A stretch of DNA of 49,382 bases, from NCBI GenBank assembly GCA_051382305.1, contig JBBCAV010000107.1, positions 1-49,382 on the forward strand, read 5' to 3'. Below, piece after piece: positions 37,209 to 47,075 of the stretch. Each line of letters starts with the position of its first letter. Position 1 is the stretch's first letter. Under the pieces are notes generated by a model. That model was not told where the DNA came from and ran no database searches. It saw only the letters and a list, made by a program, of their open reading frames with translations. The stretch is from Bdellovibrionota bacterium FG-2 (lineage in GTDB: Bacteria > Bdellovibrionota > UBA1018). The position numbers were made by a program, and so were the translations under genes.

Positions 37209-37952
37209 TTAGTCCCCCAGATAAGCCTTTCTTACTTCTTCAGAATCCAAGAGCTCTTGCGCCGTTCCTCTGATGGTCACGCGCCCCGTTTCAAGTACAA
37301 TCCCGTGGCGGGCAATCTGTAAAGCCTGCAACGCGTTTTGTTCAACCAAAAGAACAGTGGTCCCTTCGTCATTGATCTTTTGAATGATCTCAAAAATTTT
37401 TTCAATAATCTGCGGTGCAAGGCCCAGGGAGGGTTCATCGAGTAACAAGAGCCTTGGCCTCCCCATGAGCGCGCGCGCAATGGCAAGCATTTGTTGCTCG
37501 CCACCCGATAGTGTGCCTGAGTTTTGTTTTCGCCGTTCCTTGAGCCGCGGAAAAAGTCCGAATACATGCTCCATGTCCTGTGCAAACGCATGTTTATCCG
37601 GCGAACTCCAGGCTCCTAGATCCAGATTTTCTTCGACCGAAAGGTTGAGAAAAATGCCGCGCCCTTCGGGGGCATGACACACGCGTTTTTGGACAATTTC
37701 GTGGGGATCGAGCTTCGTGAGTTCAAAGCCTTCAAAGCTGATTTGTCCTCCCGACGGCGGAATCAAGCCCGAGATCGCCCGCAGCACTGTGGTTTTGCCC
37801 GCTCCATTGGCCCCAATCAACGTGAGGATTTCACCTTTGTTTATCTTGAACGAAACCTCAGTGATGGCCCTGATCACCCCATAGTTCACGCTAAGATCAG
37901 AAACGTTCAGCAGAAAATCTTCGTTCTTAGATTCACTCCGGTAGGGGGTCAT
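37209..37952 (-). CDS. livF: branched-chain amino acid ABC transporter ATPase
   Basis: GANGAGKTT, PEGRGIF, LSGGEQQMLA, LLVEQNA. Confidence 0.93.
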   Translation of the reverse strand: MTPYRSESKNEDFLLNVSDLSVNYGVIRAITEVSFKINKGEILTLIGANGAGKTTVLRAISGLIPPSGGQISFEGFELTKLDPHEIVQKRVCHAPEGRGIFLNLSVEENLDLGAWSSPDKHAFAQDMEHVFGLFPRLKERRKQNSGTLSGGEQQMLAIARALMGRPRLLLLDEPSLGLAPQIIEKIFEIIQKINDEGTTVLLVEQNALQALQIARHGIVLETGRVTIRGTAQELLDSEEVRKAYLGD

Positions 37953-38773
37953 TCTTTTGCTCCCTTCGGTGTGCTCTTAGCGGTCCCAAGATAGGCCTCA
38001 ATCACTTTTGGATTTTTTTGCACCTGCGCGGGAGTTCCCTCAGCGATCTTTACGCCGTAATCTAAAACGGCAATCCGCTCACAAACTCCCATCACCAAGC
38101 GCATGTCATGCTCAATGAGCAAAACGGTCAGTTGAAAACGGTCACGAAGATGCCTCAGGGTGCTCATGAGATTTTGTGTTTCGTTGGCATTCATTCCAGC
38201 AGCAGGTTCGTCCAGTAGAAGAATTTTTGCGCCCGTAGCAAGAGCTCGCGCAATTTCCAATCTTCTTTGATCCCCGTAGGGAAGGTTCCTTGCCAAGACC
38301 TCGGCGCGTGTCTCTAACCCCAGTTCCGCAAGCAGAGCGCGGGCGCGCGCAGCGGTTTCATTCTCTCGTTTGATCAATGAAGGCGTTCTTAAGACAGAAG
38401 ACAAAAGCCCATGACGCCCAGGGGATTCTTGAGAATGATCCAGCGGAATCAAAATATTTTCAAGCACGCTCAGCTCTTTAAACAGCCTGATATTTTGAAA
38501 CGTGCGGGCGATTCCCAGTCGCGTGATCTCAAACGGCTTGCGGTTGGCAAGTTCAAAGGTCTGCTCCCCAAACCGAAAACTCATACTTCCCTTCGTGGGT
38601 TGATAAACGCCGGTGAGAAGATTGAAAACTGTCGTTTTCCCTGCTCCATTGGGACCAATGAGACCAAAAATAACGCCCGAAGGTATCTCCAGGCAAAGTT
38701 CCGAAACCGCTTTGAGCCCTCCAAATTCAATCGTGAGGTTCTCCGTCTTGAGTGAAGCTGTCTTGGCTATCAT
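37949..38773 (-). CDS. livG: branched-chain amino acid ABC transporter ATPase
   Basis: GPNGAGKTT, RTFQNIRLF, LPYGDQRRLE, LDEPAAG, IEHDM. Confidence 0.93.
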   Translation of the reverse strand: MIAKTASLKTENLTIEFGGLKAVSELCLEIPSGVIFGLIGPNGAGKTTVFNLLTGVYQPTKGSMSFRFGEQTFELANRKPFEITRLGIARTFQNIRLFKELSVLENILIPLDHSQESPGRHGLLSSVLRTPSLIKRENETAARARALLAELGLETRAEVLARNLPYGDQRRLEIARALATGAKILLLDEPAAGMNANETQNLMSTLRHLRDRFQLTVLLIEHDMRLVMGVCERIAVLDYGVKIAEGTPAQVQKNPKVIEAYLGTAKSTPKGAKE

Positions 38774-39717
38774 GAAGAAGAGCCTCGTTTCCCAAAGATG
38801 CCGTTAGGACGGGTAAGCATTAGGACAATGAGTAAAATCGAATAGATGATCATGCGGAAATCAAGGTGGGTGAGTTCCTGAAGCGGGCGAAGCGCCTCGC
38901 GCGAAATCGTAAGAAAAATCGCTGCCACCACGGAACCCGTAATGCTGCCCATCCCGCCTAAAACGACCATGATGATGATTTCAAAACTTTTGTTAAAGTC
39001 AAAGGTCTGCGGATTGAGGTAGCGCAAGGCATGCGCAAAAAGCCCGCCCGCGACCCCCGAGAAAAAAGCGCCCAAGACAAACGCGCGAACTTTGGCGCGC
39101 GTCGTGTTTACGCCCGTGGCTTCTGCCGCTATCTCGTCTTCTCGAACAGCCAAAAACTCTCGGCCATGGGACGAGCACATGATGCGGTTCGTGAAGAACA
39201 CACAGAATAATGCAACGCTAAAGACCCAGCCAAAATTTGAAAGCGCGGGGATGCCAGGCAAACCCCGGGCGCCGCCGATAAAATCAAGATTAAGTATAAG
39301 CACGCGAATGATTTCTCCGAAACCTAATGTGACGATGGCGAGGTAATCGCCCTTTAATCGGAGTGAGGGGAGGCCCACTAGGAAACCCACTCCGCTGGCC
39401 GCAAGTCCCCCGACATAAAGTGCGCCCATAAAGACGAGTGAGCTAGTAAGCGGTGATTCAAACAGTGACGGGGAGAGTTGCGAAAGCCAGATCGTGAGAA
39501 ACGCACTCGTATAGGCGCCGACACTCATGAAGCCTGCGTGTCCCATGGAAAACTGGCCTGTAAAACCATTAACGAGGTTGAGACTCACGGCCAGTGTGAT
39601 GTTGATGCCGGCATAAATAATGATGATGTAATAATAGGGATCGATTAAGTCACTGGCAAAGAACTGAACCCCCCAGATTCCACCTAAGATCAGGATCCAG
39701 CGCCAGAGTGTGCCCAT
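38770..39717 (-). CDS. livM: branched-chain amino acid ABC transporter permease
   Basis: LNLVNGFTGQFSMGHAGF, LRLKGDYLAIVTLGFGEIIR. Confidence 0.93.
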   Translation of the reverse strand: MGTLWRWILILGGIWGVQFFASDLIDPYYYIIIIYAGINITLAVSLNLVNGFTGQFSMGHAGFMSVGAYTSAFLTIWLSQLSPSLFESPLTSSLVFMGALYVGGLAASGVGFLVGLPSLRLKGDYLAIVTLGFGEIIRVLILNLDFIGGARGLPGIPALSNFGWVFSVALFCVFFTNRIMCSSHGREFLAVREDEIAAEATGVNTTRAKVRAFVLGAFFSGVAGGLFAHALRYLNPQTFDFNKSFEIIIMVVLGGMGSITGSVVAAIFLTISREALRPLQELTHLDFRMIIYSILLIVLMLTRPNGIFGKRGSSS

Positions 39718-39721
39718 GAGC

Positions 39722-40624
39722 TTAGACCTTCTCCGTGCGGTTGACACCAAACAATCCCGTGGGTCTAAACAAGAGAATCAGAATCAAAATGGCAAAGGCC
39801 AGGGCGTCGCGATAGGTCGGCGCCCAGTAACCGACTAAGAACTCTTCGGCGAGGCCCAAAATGAGTGCGCCTACGACGGCGCCCGTGATGTTACCGATTC
39901 CGCCTAAGACGGCTGCCACGAAACACTTCAGCCCCGGCATCACTCCCATTAAAGGATCAATTTTAGGATAAATCAGTCCGACCAGCACTCCCGCCGCGCC
40001 GGCAAGCGCTGAGCCGATCATGAAGGTGATGGAAATAATCTTTTGCGTAGGAATACCCATGAGGCTGGCTAAATCGTGATTGAAACTCACGGCCCGCATG
40101 GCGCGCCCTAGGCGTGTTCTGAAAACAACAAATTGCAGGAGTCCCATCAGGGCGAGTGAAATTCCCAAAACCTCCACCTGCAGGACATTGATCTTGAGTT
40201 CGCCGAACGACCAATCTCCGGTGGGGACATAGATTTGGGGGAAAAACTTGGGATCGGCGCCAAAAATGAGCTGCCCCGAGAATTGCAGCAAAAGTGAACC
40301 CCCGACCGCCGTGATGAGCAGATTGATTCGGGGCGCTTTGCGCAGCGGCCGATAGGCAAAACGTTCGATGAGAAAAGCCAAAGCCGCGCTCCCCATCATG
40401 GCGCAGGCCAGGGTGATGAAAAGCGCACTCAGTGAGGAAGTCTCGCCAAAGCCCAAGAAACGCGCACTATAGTAGCCGATAAAGGCCCCGACCATATACA
40501 CATCGCCATGGGCGAAGTTGATGAGCTTCAAAACCCCGAACACCATCGTATAGCCCAACGCAATCAGTGCGTAGATGCTCCCAAGGGAAAGGCCGTTTAC
40601 GAGGTGTTGAATGAATTCAAGCAT
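39722..40624 (-). CDS. livH: branched-chain amino acid ABC transporter permease
   Basis: GSIYALIALGYTMVFGVLKLINFAHG, AAVLGGIG. Confidence 0.93.
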   Translation of the reverse strand: MLEFIQHLVNGLSLGSIYALIALGYTMVFGVLKLINFAHGDVYMVGAFIGYYSARFLGFGETSSLSALFITLACAMMGSAALAFLIERFAYRPLRKAPRINLLITAVGGSLLLQFSGQLIFGADPKFFPQIYVPTGDWSFGELKINVLQVEVLGISLALMGLLQFVVFRTRLGRAMRAVSFNHDLASLMGIPTQKIISITFMIGSALAGAAGVLVGLIYPKIDPLMGVMPGLKCFVAAVLGGIGNITGAVVGALILGLAEEFLVGYWAPTYRDALAFAILILILLFRPTGLFGVNRTEKV

Positions 40625-40650
40625 CAGGGTTTCGCCTTCTTGGTCAATCT

Positions 40651-41832
40651 TTAGGGGTTTATGGTTTGTTGGAAGCGGGCTTCGCCATTTTCAACTTTCA
40701 ATACGACTGCCGATTTGATCGCGTTTCGCTTTTCATCGATCGTGATTTTCCCGGTCACGCCTTGATAGTTCTTAGTCGCGGCTATGGCGTCCCTGATGTC
40801 TGAAGGGTTCATTGATTTTGCGCGAGCCATGGCATCGGCTAATACCTTCAACGCGTCATAGCCCATGGCTGCCATTCCGTCAGGGACGGAATGATAGGCC
40901 TTCTTAAATTCGGTGATAAAACCTTGAACTTGAGGGGATTGATCCTCCGCCGAATAATGATTGGAGTAGTAGGTGTTGTTCATCGCCACGCCCCCAATCT
41001 CTTTGAGCTTGGGCGAATCCCAGCCATCGCCACCCATGAGCGGTACGGTGACTCCCAGCTCGCGGGCTTGCCGTGCGATAAGCCCCACTTCGGTGTAGTA
41101 ACCAGGAACAAAAATGGCTTCAGGCTTTTTCGCCCGAATCGAGGTGATTTGAGATTTAAAATCAATATCGCCTGCCGAATAGCTTTGTTCGACCAAGATC
41201 TCTCCGCCCAGTTTGATGAAGGTTTCTGTGAAGAACTTCGCCAGGCCCACTGAGTAGTCGTTCTTGACGTCTTTTAGGATCGCCACTTTTTTTACTTTCA
41301 ACGTCTCCGCCGCAAATTTGGCCATCACGGTGCCTTGAAATGGATCAATGAAGCAGACTCTGAAAATATAAGCCCCTTGTTCGGTGACGCGGGGGTTGGT
41401 TGAAGAAGGGGTGATCATCGGAATTTTATGGCCTTGCGCAATCGGGGCCATGGCGATGCTGCGGGAGCTGGCGACTTCGCCTAGGATGGCGGACACTTGG
41501 TTTTGCGTGATGAGCTTGGTGACGGCCGTAGCCGCTTCTTCGGGCTTGCCTTGGTCATCCAGCGAAATCACTTCCAGCTTTCTGCCGTTTCCTTGGCCCT
41601 TGACTCCGCCTGCCGCGTTGATTTGTTGGATAGCGAGTTCAATTCCCATGTGGGTGGAGGTCCCAAACGTCGCTTCACTGCCGGTCATGGAACCCACCTC
41701 ACCGATTCGGATCACATCAGTGGAGAGTGCCGAAGAAGCAGTGTCAGAAGGGGGTCTGGCTTTCTTGCAGCCGGAGGCGGAGAGGATGGCTGTCATAAGG
41801 ACTACGGTAAGGACTAGAATTTTTGTTTGCAT
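40651..41832 (-). CDS. livK: branched-chain amino acid ABC transporter substrate-binding lipoprotein (LivK/LivJ-like)
   Basis: Start MQTKIL, lipobox ASGC, INAAGGV, FRVCFIDPFQG, GVTGKIT. Confidence 0.88.
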   Translation of the reverse strand: MQTKILVLTVVLMTAILSASGCKKARPPSDTASSALSTDVIRIGEVGSMTGSEATFGTSTHMGIELAIQQINAAGGVKGQGNGRKLEVISLDDQGKPEEAATAVTKLITQNQVSAILGEVASSRSIAMAPIAQGHKIPMITPSSTNPRVTEQGAYIFRVCFIDPFQGTVMAKFAAETLKVKKVAILKDVKNDYSVGLAKFFTETFIKLGGEILVEQSYSAGDIDFKSQITSIRAKKPEAIFVPGYYTEVGLIARQARELGVTVPLMGGDGWDSPKLKEIGGVAMNNTYYSNHYSAEDQSPQVQGFITEFKKAYHSVPDGMAAMGYDALKVLADAMARAKSMNPSDIRDAIAATKNYQGVTGKITIDEKRNAIKSAVVLKVENGEARFQQTINP

Positions 41833-41852
41833 TACCGTAGTATCCTGCATGC

Positions 41853-42728
41853 ATGGCACAGAGTCAACCACGCCCTCACATGGGTTTTGCAGCTGCGAGC
41901 AAGAGTTTTCAGGGGCATCTAGAGGGCACCGGGAAAGCACGTCACACGATTGCCAGTTATCGACTCGATTTGAAGCGGTTTGATGCATTCTTAAGCGAGT
42001 CATTCCCAAAGGGGTTAGGGGCTGGGGTTTTTGAGAAGATGACGCCCAAGACTCTGGAATATTTTGAGCGGCATTTGGTTGCGCGAGGCCTGAAGACTAA
42101 TTCTCGTCGAAGGATTCTGCTTACCGTCCAAAAATTCTTACGTTATTTGAGTGGTCGCAAAAAAGCGCCGGTCGAGTTGCTCAAGAAAATGGGGGCGCCT
42201 GAGCGCGTGCAGAGGATTCCTAAAACGGTTGATTGGGATAAACTTCATGCGTCGCTTATGGCCATGTCTACCGGCACCCTGCTTGAAGGTAGAAATCGAG
42301 CTTTGCTTTTGACTCTTTTAGAAAGCGGCTGCCAAGTGCATGAGCTGGGGCTGCTCAAACGTGAGGACGTCGGGGGTTGCGAGCTTAATTTTCAGGGAAA
42401 ACGGGCCCGCAAATTTACGCTTTCCAAAAGTCTCGCGAAAGTCTTGGCGCGGCTTTGTAAAATGAGTGAATCGGATCCCAAATCGTCGCGGAGTTCGTGG
42501 CTTTTCTTGGGGCACAATCGTTACGGGGCTCTGGGAGGCGCGGTGAGTCCGCGAGGTGTGGAGTTGGTGCTCAAAGATCAGGGTGCGCGCTTAGGGTTTC
42601 CTAAACTCACGGCGCGGATGATTCGAAATTCCACGATGAAGTATTGGGTTTCACAAGACGTACCGCCGGCGCAGATTAAAGCGCGAATGGGCCTAAGGGG
42701 AGAGCATTGGCTTCGGATGTGGGCTTGA
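41853..42728 (+). CDS. XerC/XerD-like tyrosine recombinase homolog with degenerate catalytic residues
   Basis: HTIASYRLDL N-domain, RNRALLLTLLESGCQVHEL, TARMIRNS, MGL...LRMW. Confidence 0.75.
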   Translation: MAQSQPRPHMGFAAASKSFQGHLEGTGKARHTIASYRLDLKRFDAFLSESFPKGLGAGVFEKMTPKTLEYFERHLVARGLKTNSRRRILLTVQKFLRYLSGRKKAPVELLKKMGAPERVQRIPKTVDWDKLHASLMAMSTGTLLEGRNRALLLTLLESGCQVHELGLLKREDVGGCELNFQGKRARKFTLSKSLAKVLARLCKMSESDPKSSRSSWLFLGHNRYGALGGAVSPRGVELVLKDQGARLGFPKLTARMIRNSTMKYWVSQDVPPAQIKARMGLRGEHWLRMWA

Positions 42729-42731
42729 GGG

Positions 42732-43781
42732 CTATCTCTGATACAGCTTCGGCCCATGGCAAGCGCGCGCGCACTCGCCACCCGTGGGTTGGGCAACAAA
42801 GCTCAGGGGCATGGGGTAAGGGCCAAATGATTTATTGAGGTTGAAGGGCTGTTCGGCCCCATGAGGGTCGTGACAAACGCGGCAGGAACGTCCGAATTTG
42901 GCGCCCGTGCTCAACCCCCCGTTAGTGACATGCAGTCAATGCAAGTTCAGGGTGCCGTTCCGGAAGCCCGTTGAAGTGGGGGACTCGAGCTTGATCATGC
43001 TCGCATCATGGCACTGAAAGCAAAGCGCGTAGGTTTGCTCTGTGTAAACGTTGTGATCTGAGAGGGGATAGCTATCACTTAAGAGACGATTAAATGGACT
43101 GACGTGAGGTTGGTGGCAATCCTGGCAGTCGCCCTGCGCGCCCCGGTGCACAAACGGCATTTTTTCGATCTTTTCTCGAATGTTCGGAATTACGCGATCC
43201 TTGGCCTGGATTGTTTTGTCGTGGCAGTTAAAGCAGAGAGCGTTTCCGGTTTTGAGCAGTAGTTTGATGTTATCAGAAGAATGGGGGTTGTGGCAGCCCA
43301 CACAGCTTTGTTTGGTGTCGATGACGCCGTGGAGGGATTTGCCACTTAAGTCCAAACCAAAATGGCAGGAGAGACAAAGATCCTTCGTGTTCGTCTTCAA
43401 ATAATAGGCTTCAGCACTTCCGTGCGGGTTATGGCAATTGGAGCAGGTGCTCCACAGTTCGAGCACTTTATGGTTGGATTTCTTTTTCTCAATCGGGTCA
43501 TGACAACCGTAGCAGGCTTCTGGCTTTTTGTTCGTGACCACGGCTTTGGGATTCGAGCCATTGAGATGTTCCGGCGCGGCTTGGTGACACTCGCTGCACA
43601 TTCCATCGGCGGCTGGAGAATGGGCGCCCTTGACTCCGAAATGATCGGCGTGACAAGTAGCGCACTCGTGCACTGGGGGAGCGGAGAAGGCGAGCGGAAG
43701 CGGACTTGCAAAAAATGCCATTGCGAAAGTAACCATTGTGAAAGTACCAGGGAATAAGAACTGCTTTAGGAAATCTTTCAT
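42732..43781 (-). pseudogene. multiheme cytochrome c (paired CxxCH type) with an in-frame TGA at 42936-42938
   Basis: AAGGAG RBS, start MKDFLK and signal peptide. Nine CxxCH motifs precede NLH*LHV, then in-frame CRVCH and CARACH. Confidence 0.75.
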
Positions 43782-43794
43782 GGGCACTCCTTCG

Positions 43795-44289
43795 TTACTC
43801 ATTCCAGGGTGGGGTTGAAGGTTGAGGAGTCGCAAAGACTTTTCCCCAGTGGCAGACGGCGCATTCATTGCCTCGATAGGGAGAATTCTGGCTTTGATAG
43901 TCGTATCTAAACAAGTGCGGCGCCTCTGAGCTGTGGGGATTGTGGCAGGAAACGCAGGTGAAATTTTTGTTAGGATAAAGCGGATCTCTTGTTTTGATGA
44001 CGGGGTGGCCGCAATCGGATCCGTCGGGGGCCGCGCATTCGCCCAAAATCCTTTTTCGGTCATGGCATTGGAAACATAGTGCATCGATCTTTGCGACGAG
44101 ACCCGCGGGCTGACTGTAGCTTACGTGCGGAGTGTGGCAGGTATCGCATCCCCATAGGGCGCCTTCGTGGGGGCGAGATTTCAACAGGGGGGGGTCATGA
44201 CATTCGGTGCAGGCTTTGTCTGCCGCCAGCGCAAGAGGTGTTGTAATGATCAAACCAACAAACAATATAAGGAGAGAGGAGGTTTTCAT
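43795..44289 (-). CDS. pentaheme cytochrome c
   Basis: Signal peptide; CTECH, CDTCH, CFQCH, CVSCH, CAVCH. Confidence 0.85.
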   Translation of the reverse strand: MKTSSLLILFVGLIITTPLALAADKACTECHDPPLLKSRPHEGALWGCDTCHTPHVSYSQPAGLVAKIDALCFQCHDRKRILGECAAPDGSDCGHPVIKTRDPLYPNKNFTCVSCHNPHSSEAPHLFRYDYQSQNSPYRGNECAVCHWGKVFATPQPSTPPWNE

Positions 44290-44494
44290 CTTGCGAAAGA
44301 TTTAGCTTTTTTTGGGTATTTTCGCAGTGCGCCGTTTAGTTTCCGGACACTTATCAGCGTGGTTTCATTTTTTCTCTTCACCAGTGGGGCAAAAGGGAAC
44401 TGGTGCGAAGAGAAGTTCTGGGTGGTTTGAAACCATGTAGGGCTATCTGTCGGATTATAGAGGGTTAAATAGATTCCTTATTGTGTTTTGGGCT

Positions 44495-44510
44495 TGGCTT
44501 GGGGTTTGCA
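44495..44510 (+). promoter_or_regulatory. possible sigma-54 promoter
   Basis: TGGCTTGGGGTTTGCA with GG-N10-GC spacing, ending 53 nt before ATG 44564. Confidence 0.45.
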
Positions 44511-44563
44511 TAAGTGCCGGGAATCAGTTTAATTGTGTTCAACCCCACTGAAAAAGGAACGAT

Positions 44564-45310
44564 ATGAAAAAAATAGGTCAAGAAATTGGAATGCTGGCAA
44601 CGTTGGTTTTGGGATTGGCGGCTTTATCAGGCTGTCATAGCGGCGGTGGCGGTGGTTATGGCGATCCCTACCTTCAGCCTTGGTATGATGTGTATGGCTA
44701 TCATTGCGGCAGCGGCACCCCACAAGCGGGATGTAACTTCTACGCCAATGGTGACAAAATTTACGACGCTGAAGATCCTTACTACGGCCCAAGCAACATG
44801 ATTAAGTTCGGGACATACCTCTATACTGACTCTTATGGCTATGACCGTGTTTATACGGGTTGGGGTTGGTTAAGCTCGACGGGAATTTTGTATGATGATT
44901 ATGGTTCGGCTCTCAATGAAGAAGAATCCGGCGGAAGCCGTGACCTTGTTGAGACTGCAGCGTTGCAAGAGCAAGCCACAGTTGAAGGCGCAGGAAATCG
45001 TTTTGCTGAAACCTATGCTTTGTCGTCGGATGCCGGTGTTCGCATTGCACGCACCTTGAATGACTGGGCGACACTTGGCAAAAAACGCTCACGTACGTCG
45101 GCTGATATCGCAGATTTTAGTCAACGTCTTTTCGGAATTTCTGTAGAGAAGGCTTCAGGCGCGTTGGATGCGGCAAAGCTGGGGAATTCTGAAAAGCTTG
45201 AGAGCGTTAACTCCGATATCGCGCAGTTTTGGGGAACTTCTCCTGAAACTGCAAAGAGCATCTTAAAGGGCTGGTACAAAGATCAGCTCAACGAGATCGG
45301 TGCGAAATAG
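44564..45310 (+). CDS. hypothetical lipoprotein
   Basis: Lipobox LSGC, Gly/Tyr-rich N-half and helical C-half. Confidence 0.7.
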   Translation: MKKIGQEIGMLATLVLGLAALSGCHSGGGGGYGDPYLQPWYDVYGYHCGSGTPQAGCNFYANGDKIYDAEDPYYGPSNMIKFGTYLYTDSYGYDRVYTGWGWLSSTGILYDDYGSALNEEESGGSRDLVETAALQEQATVEGAGNRFAETYALSSDAGVRIARTLNDWATLGKKRSRTSADIADFSQRLFGISVEKASGALDAAKLGNSEKLESVNSDIAQFWGTSPETAKSILKGWYKDQLNEIGAK

Positions 45311-45320
45311 TTTTTCCATA

Positions 45321-45365
45321 GTCCGCTCCAAGATGCCCTGGTATTGCAGGGGTTGTGGGGCGGAT
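45321..45365. terminator. hairpin between convergent genes
   Basis: GTCCGCTCCA...TGGGGCGGAT outer stem with a CCCTG/CAGGG inner stem. Confidence 0.45.
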
Positions 45366-45376
45366 TTGATCAGTAT

Positions 45377-46411
45377 CTAAGACGCTCGGCGACTGGACCA
45401 GATCGCGAGACCGATGAACAGAATTCCGATGAACCCGGTTACGACCTCTGGAATCTCGTAGAGCAGGTTCAGGAACATGATGAGGGCGAGTGAGCCCACC
45501 GCATAGAAAGCTCCGTGCTCTAGGTAGCGAAACATCTCCAAGGTGCCTTTGGCGACCATCATAATGGTGAGGCTCCGCACAAAAAGAGCGCCGATCCCAA
45601 GACCGATGGCAATGATGAAAAGATTGTTCGTAATCGCGAAGGAACCGATCACTCCGTCAAAGCTGAAAGAGGCATCTAGGACTTCGAGATAGAGGAACAT
45701 CCCCAGCGAGGCACGATGGATATTGGCCACCTTGTTCTTGGCCAGCTGGCTCTCGGGAGCTTGGAGGAGCACCCCGATTCCCTCGACGGCGAGAAAAGTG
45801 AGGATTCCGGCGATTCCGGAAAGTAGCACCGGCATCGCATGTTCGGCATGAACTTTTCCGGAAAAAAACCAGAGCAAGAGGAGCACAAGCCCCACTTCGA
45901 TCGCCTCAAGTTTTCCCATTTTCACTAAAGGGGCTTCAATCACGCGGATCCAGTGGACGGTTTTCTTAACGTCGAAGAAGTACTTTAAGGCCACGAGAAG
46001 GAGAAACGTTCCACCAAAGGCTGAAACCTCGTGGTGGACCGAAAGCATGATCTCCGCATAGCGTTGGGGATCAAGTACGGCGAGCTTTAGGGCGGCGAGT
46101 GGATTCATGTGGGCGATGATTCCGACGATCAGCAGCGGAAAAATCAGACGCATTCCGAAGACCGCAATGAGCATTCCCCACGTCAGAAAACGATGCTGCC
46201 AGGTCGGGGCCATGTCCTTGAGAATCGTGGCGTTGACGACGGCGTTGTCAAATGAGATCGAAATCTCGAGAAGGCTCAGGACAAAGGCGATAAAAAGAGC
46301 TTCAAGCCCCCCGGTGAGGGTTCCCTTGTAATAAAATCCCACCCCAAAGGCCCCGGCCAGTCCGATCAGGCTCCAGACAAAAGTAGCATGAAAAAATCTC
46401 GTGTTTGACAT
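45377..46411 (-). CDS. DUF475 (TerC-related) integral membrane protein
   Basis: LEISISFDNAVVNA, FLTWG...FGMRL, FLYLEVLDASFSFDGVIG, YLEHGA. Confidence 0.9.
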   Translation of the reverse strand: MSNTRFFHATFVWSLIGLAGAFGVGFYYKGTLTGGLEALFIAFVLSLLEISISFDNAVVNATILKDMAPTWQHRFLTWGMLIAVFGMRLIFPLLIVGIIAHMNPLAALKLAVLDPQRYAEIMLSVHHEVSAFGGTFLLLVALKYFFDVKKTVHWIRVIEAPLVKMGKLEAIEVGLVLLLLWFFSGKVHAEHAMPVLLSGIAGILTFLAVEGIGVLLQAPESQLAKNKVANIHRASLGMFLYLEVLDASFSFDGVIGSFAITNNLFIIAIGLGIGALFVRSLTIMMVAKGTLEMFRYLEHGAFYAVGSLALIMFLNLLYEIPEVVTGFIGILFIGLAIWSSRRAS

Positions 46412-46484
46412 TGGCCCCGAGAGAATCGGGGATCTCCTTCTTTAGGTCAAGGATTATTCTGCTTGGCAAGTTTCTGGTGAGTTC

Positions 46485-46826
46485 TTAGACGGCCTTCTTA
46501 AGTTTCAACTCAATCAACTTGTTTAGACTCAATCCTTCAATATTAGCTCTTGATGCCAGGTTCCGATGCAATGTTGGATCGATTCGAAGGGGAATCTTGC
46601 CTGAAAATGTTTTTTCAGCAAGAGGTTTGGGAACAGGAAGTCCGCGGCGCTTCAGGCTTTCGATATACCCGTCGACAGCCTCATGGGCCATTTGTAACGC
46701 GTGTTCAGGGGTATCCCCATGGGTAACGCAACCGGGAAGCTCTGGGACACGAACAATATATGCTTCATCCTCAGTGCTCCAATTGATCTCGATCTTGTAT
46801 TTTAAATCAGTCTTCTTCTTGGTCAT
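46485..46826 (-). CDS. hicB: HicB antitoxin
   Basis: VPELPGCVTHGDT...EA and RHH-type FSGKIPLRIDPTLH...SLN. Confidence 0.92.
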   Translation of the reverse strand: MTKKKTDLKYKIEINWSTEDEAYIVRVPELPGCVTHGDTPEHALQMAHEAVDGYIESLKRRGLPVPKPLAEKTFSGKIPLRIDPTLHRNLASRANIEGLSLNKLIELKLKKAV

Positions 46827-47055
46827 AAGATCTCCCCTCTGGCAAGAGCACCGCGCGCGCTTGTTTCACCTGATATGGGTTTAGGTCTTTGGAATGAGTT
46901 GCGAAAACAAAGGTCAATGCATCTTTCTCCCAAAACTCGTGACTGCCTTTCACTCTGTCAAGCGCCCAGCCCTCCTGCTTGAGGAGTTCCCGGAGTTCTC
47001 GCGCGTCGATACTCCCGGACTTCAGCTTCGCCTTTAATTTAGTTGCTTTGGTCAC
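46807..47055 (-). CDS. hicA: HicA mRNA interferase toxin
   Basis: GWALDRVKGSHEFW...H...PYQVKQ. Start taken at GTG 47055. Confidence 0.88.
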   Translation of the reverse strand: MTKATKLKAKLKSGSIDARELRELLKQEGWALDRVKGSHEFWEKDALTFVFATHSKDLNPYQVKQARAVLLPEGRSYDQEED

Positions 47056-47075
47056 ATCACCCGCCCTAGCTATTA

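Noticed and set aside
42905-42935. SECIS hairpin after the cytochrome TGA
   Set aside because: Only a weak CTAAC/GTTGAG pairing is present, and the position does not look like a Cys site.
31865-42938. Genome-wide stop-codon reassignment to explain the in-frame TAG (traG) and TGA (cytochrome)
   Set aside because: Both codons end many clearly complete genes here (TGA: traU, traC, traB; TAG: livF, 44564-45310), and Trp is encoded by TGG.
43782-44084. N-terminal extension of ORF 42936-44084
   Set aside because: It overlaps the pentaheme cytochrome gene in another frame. The RBS and signal peptide point to ATG 43781.
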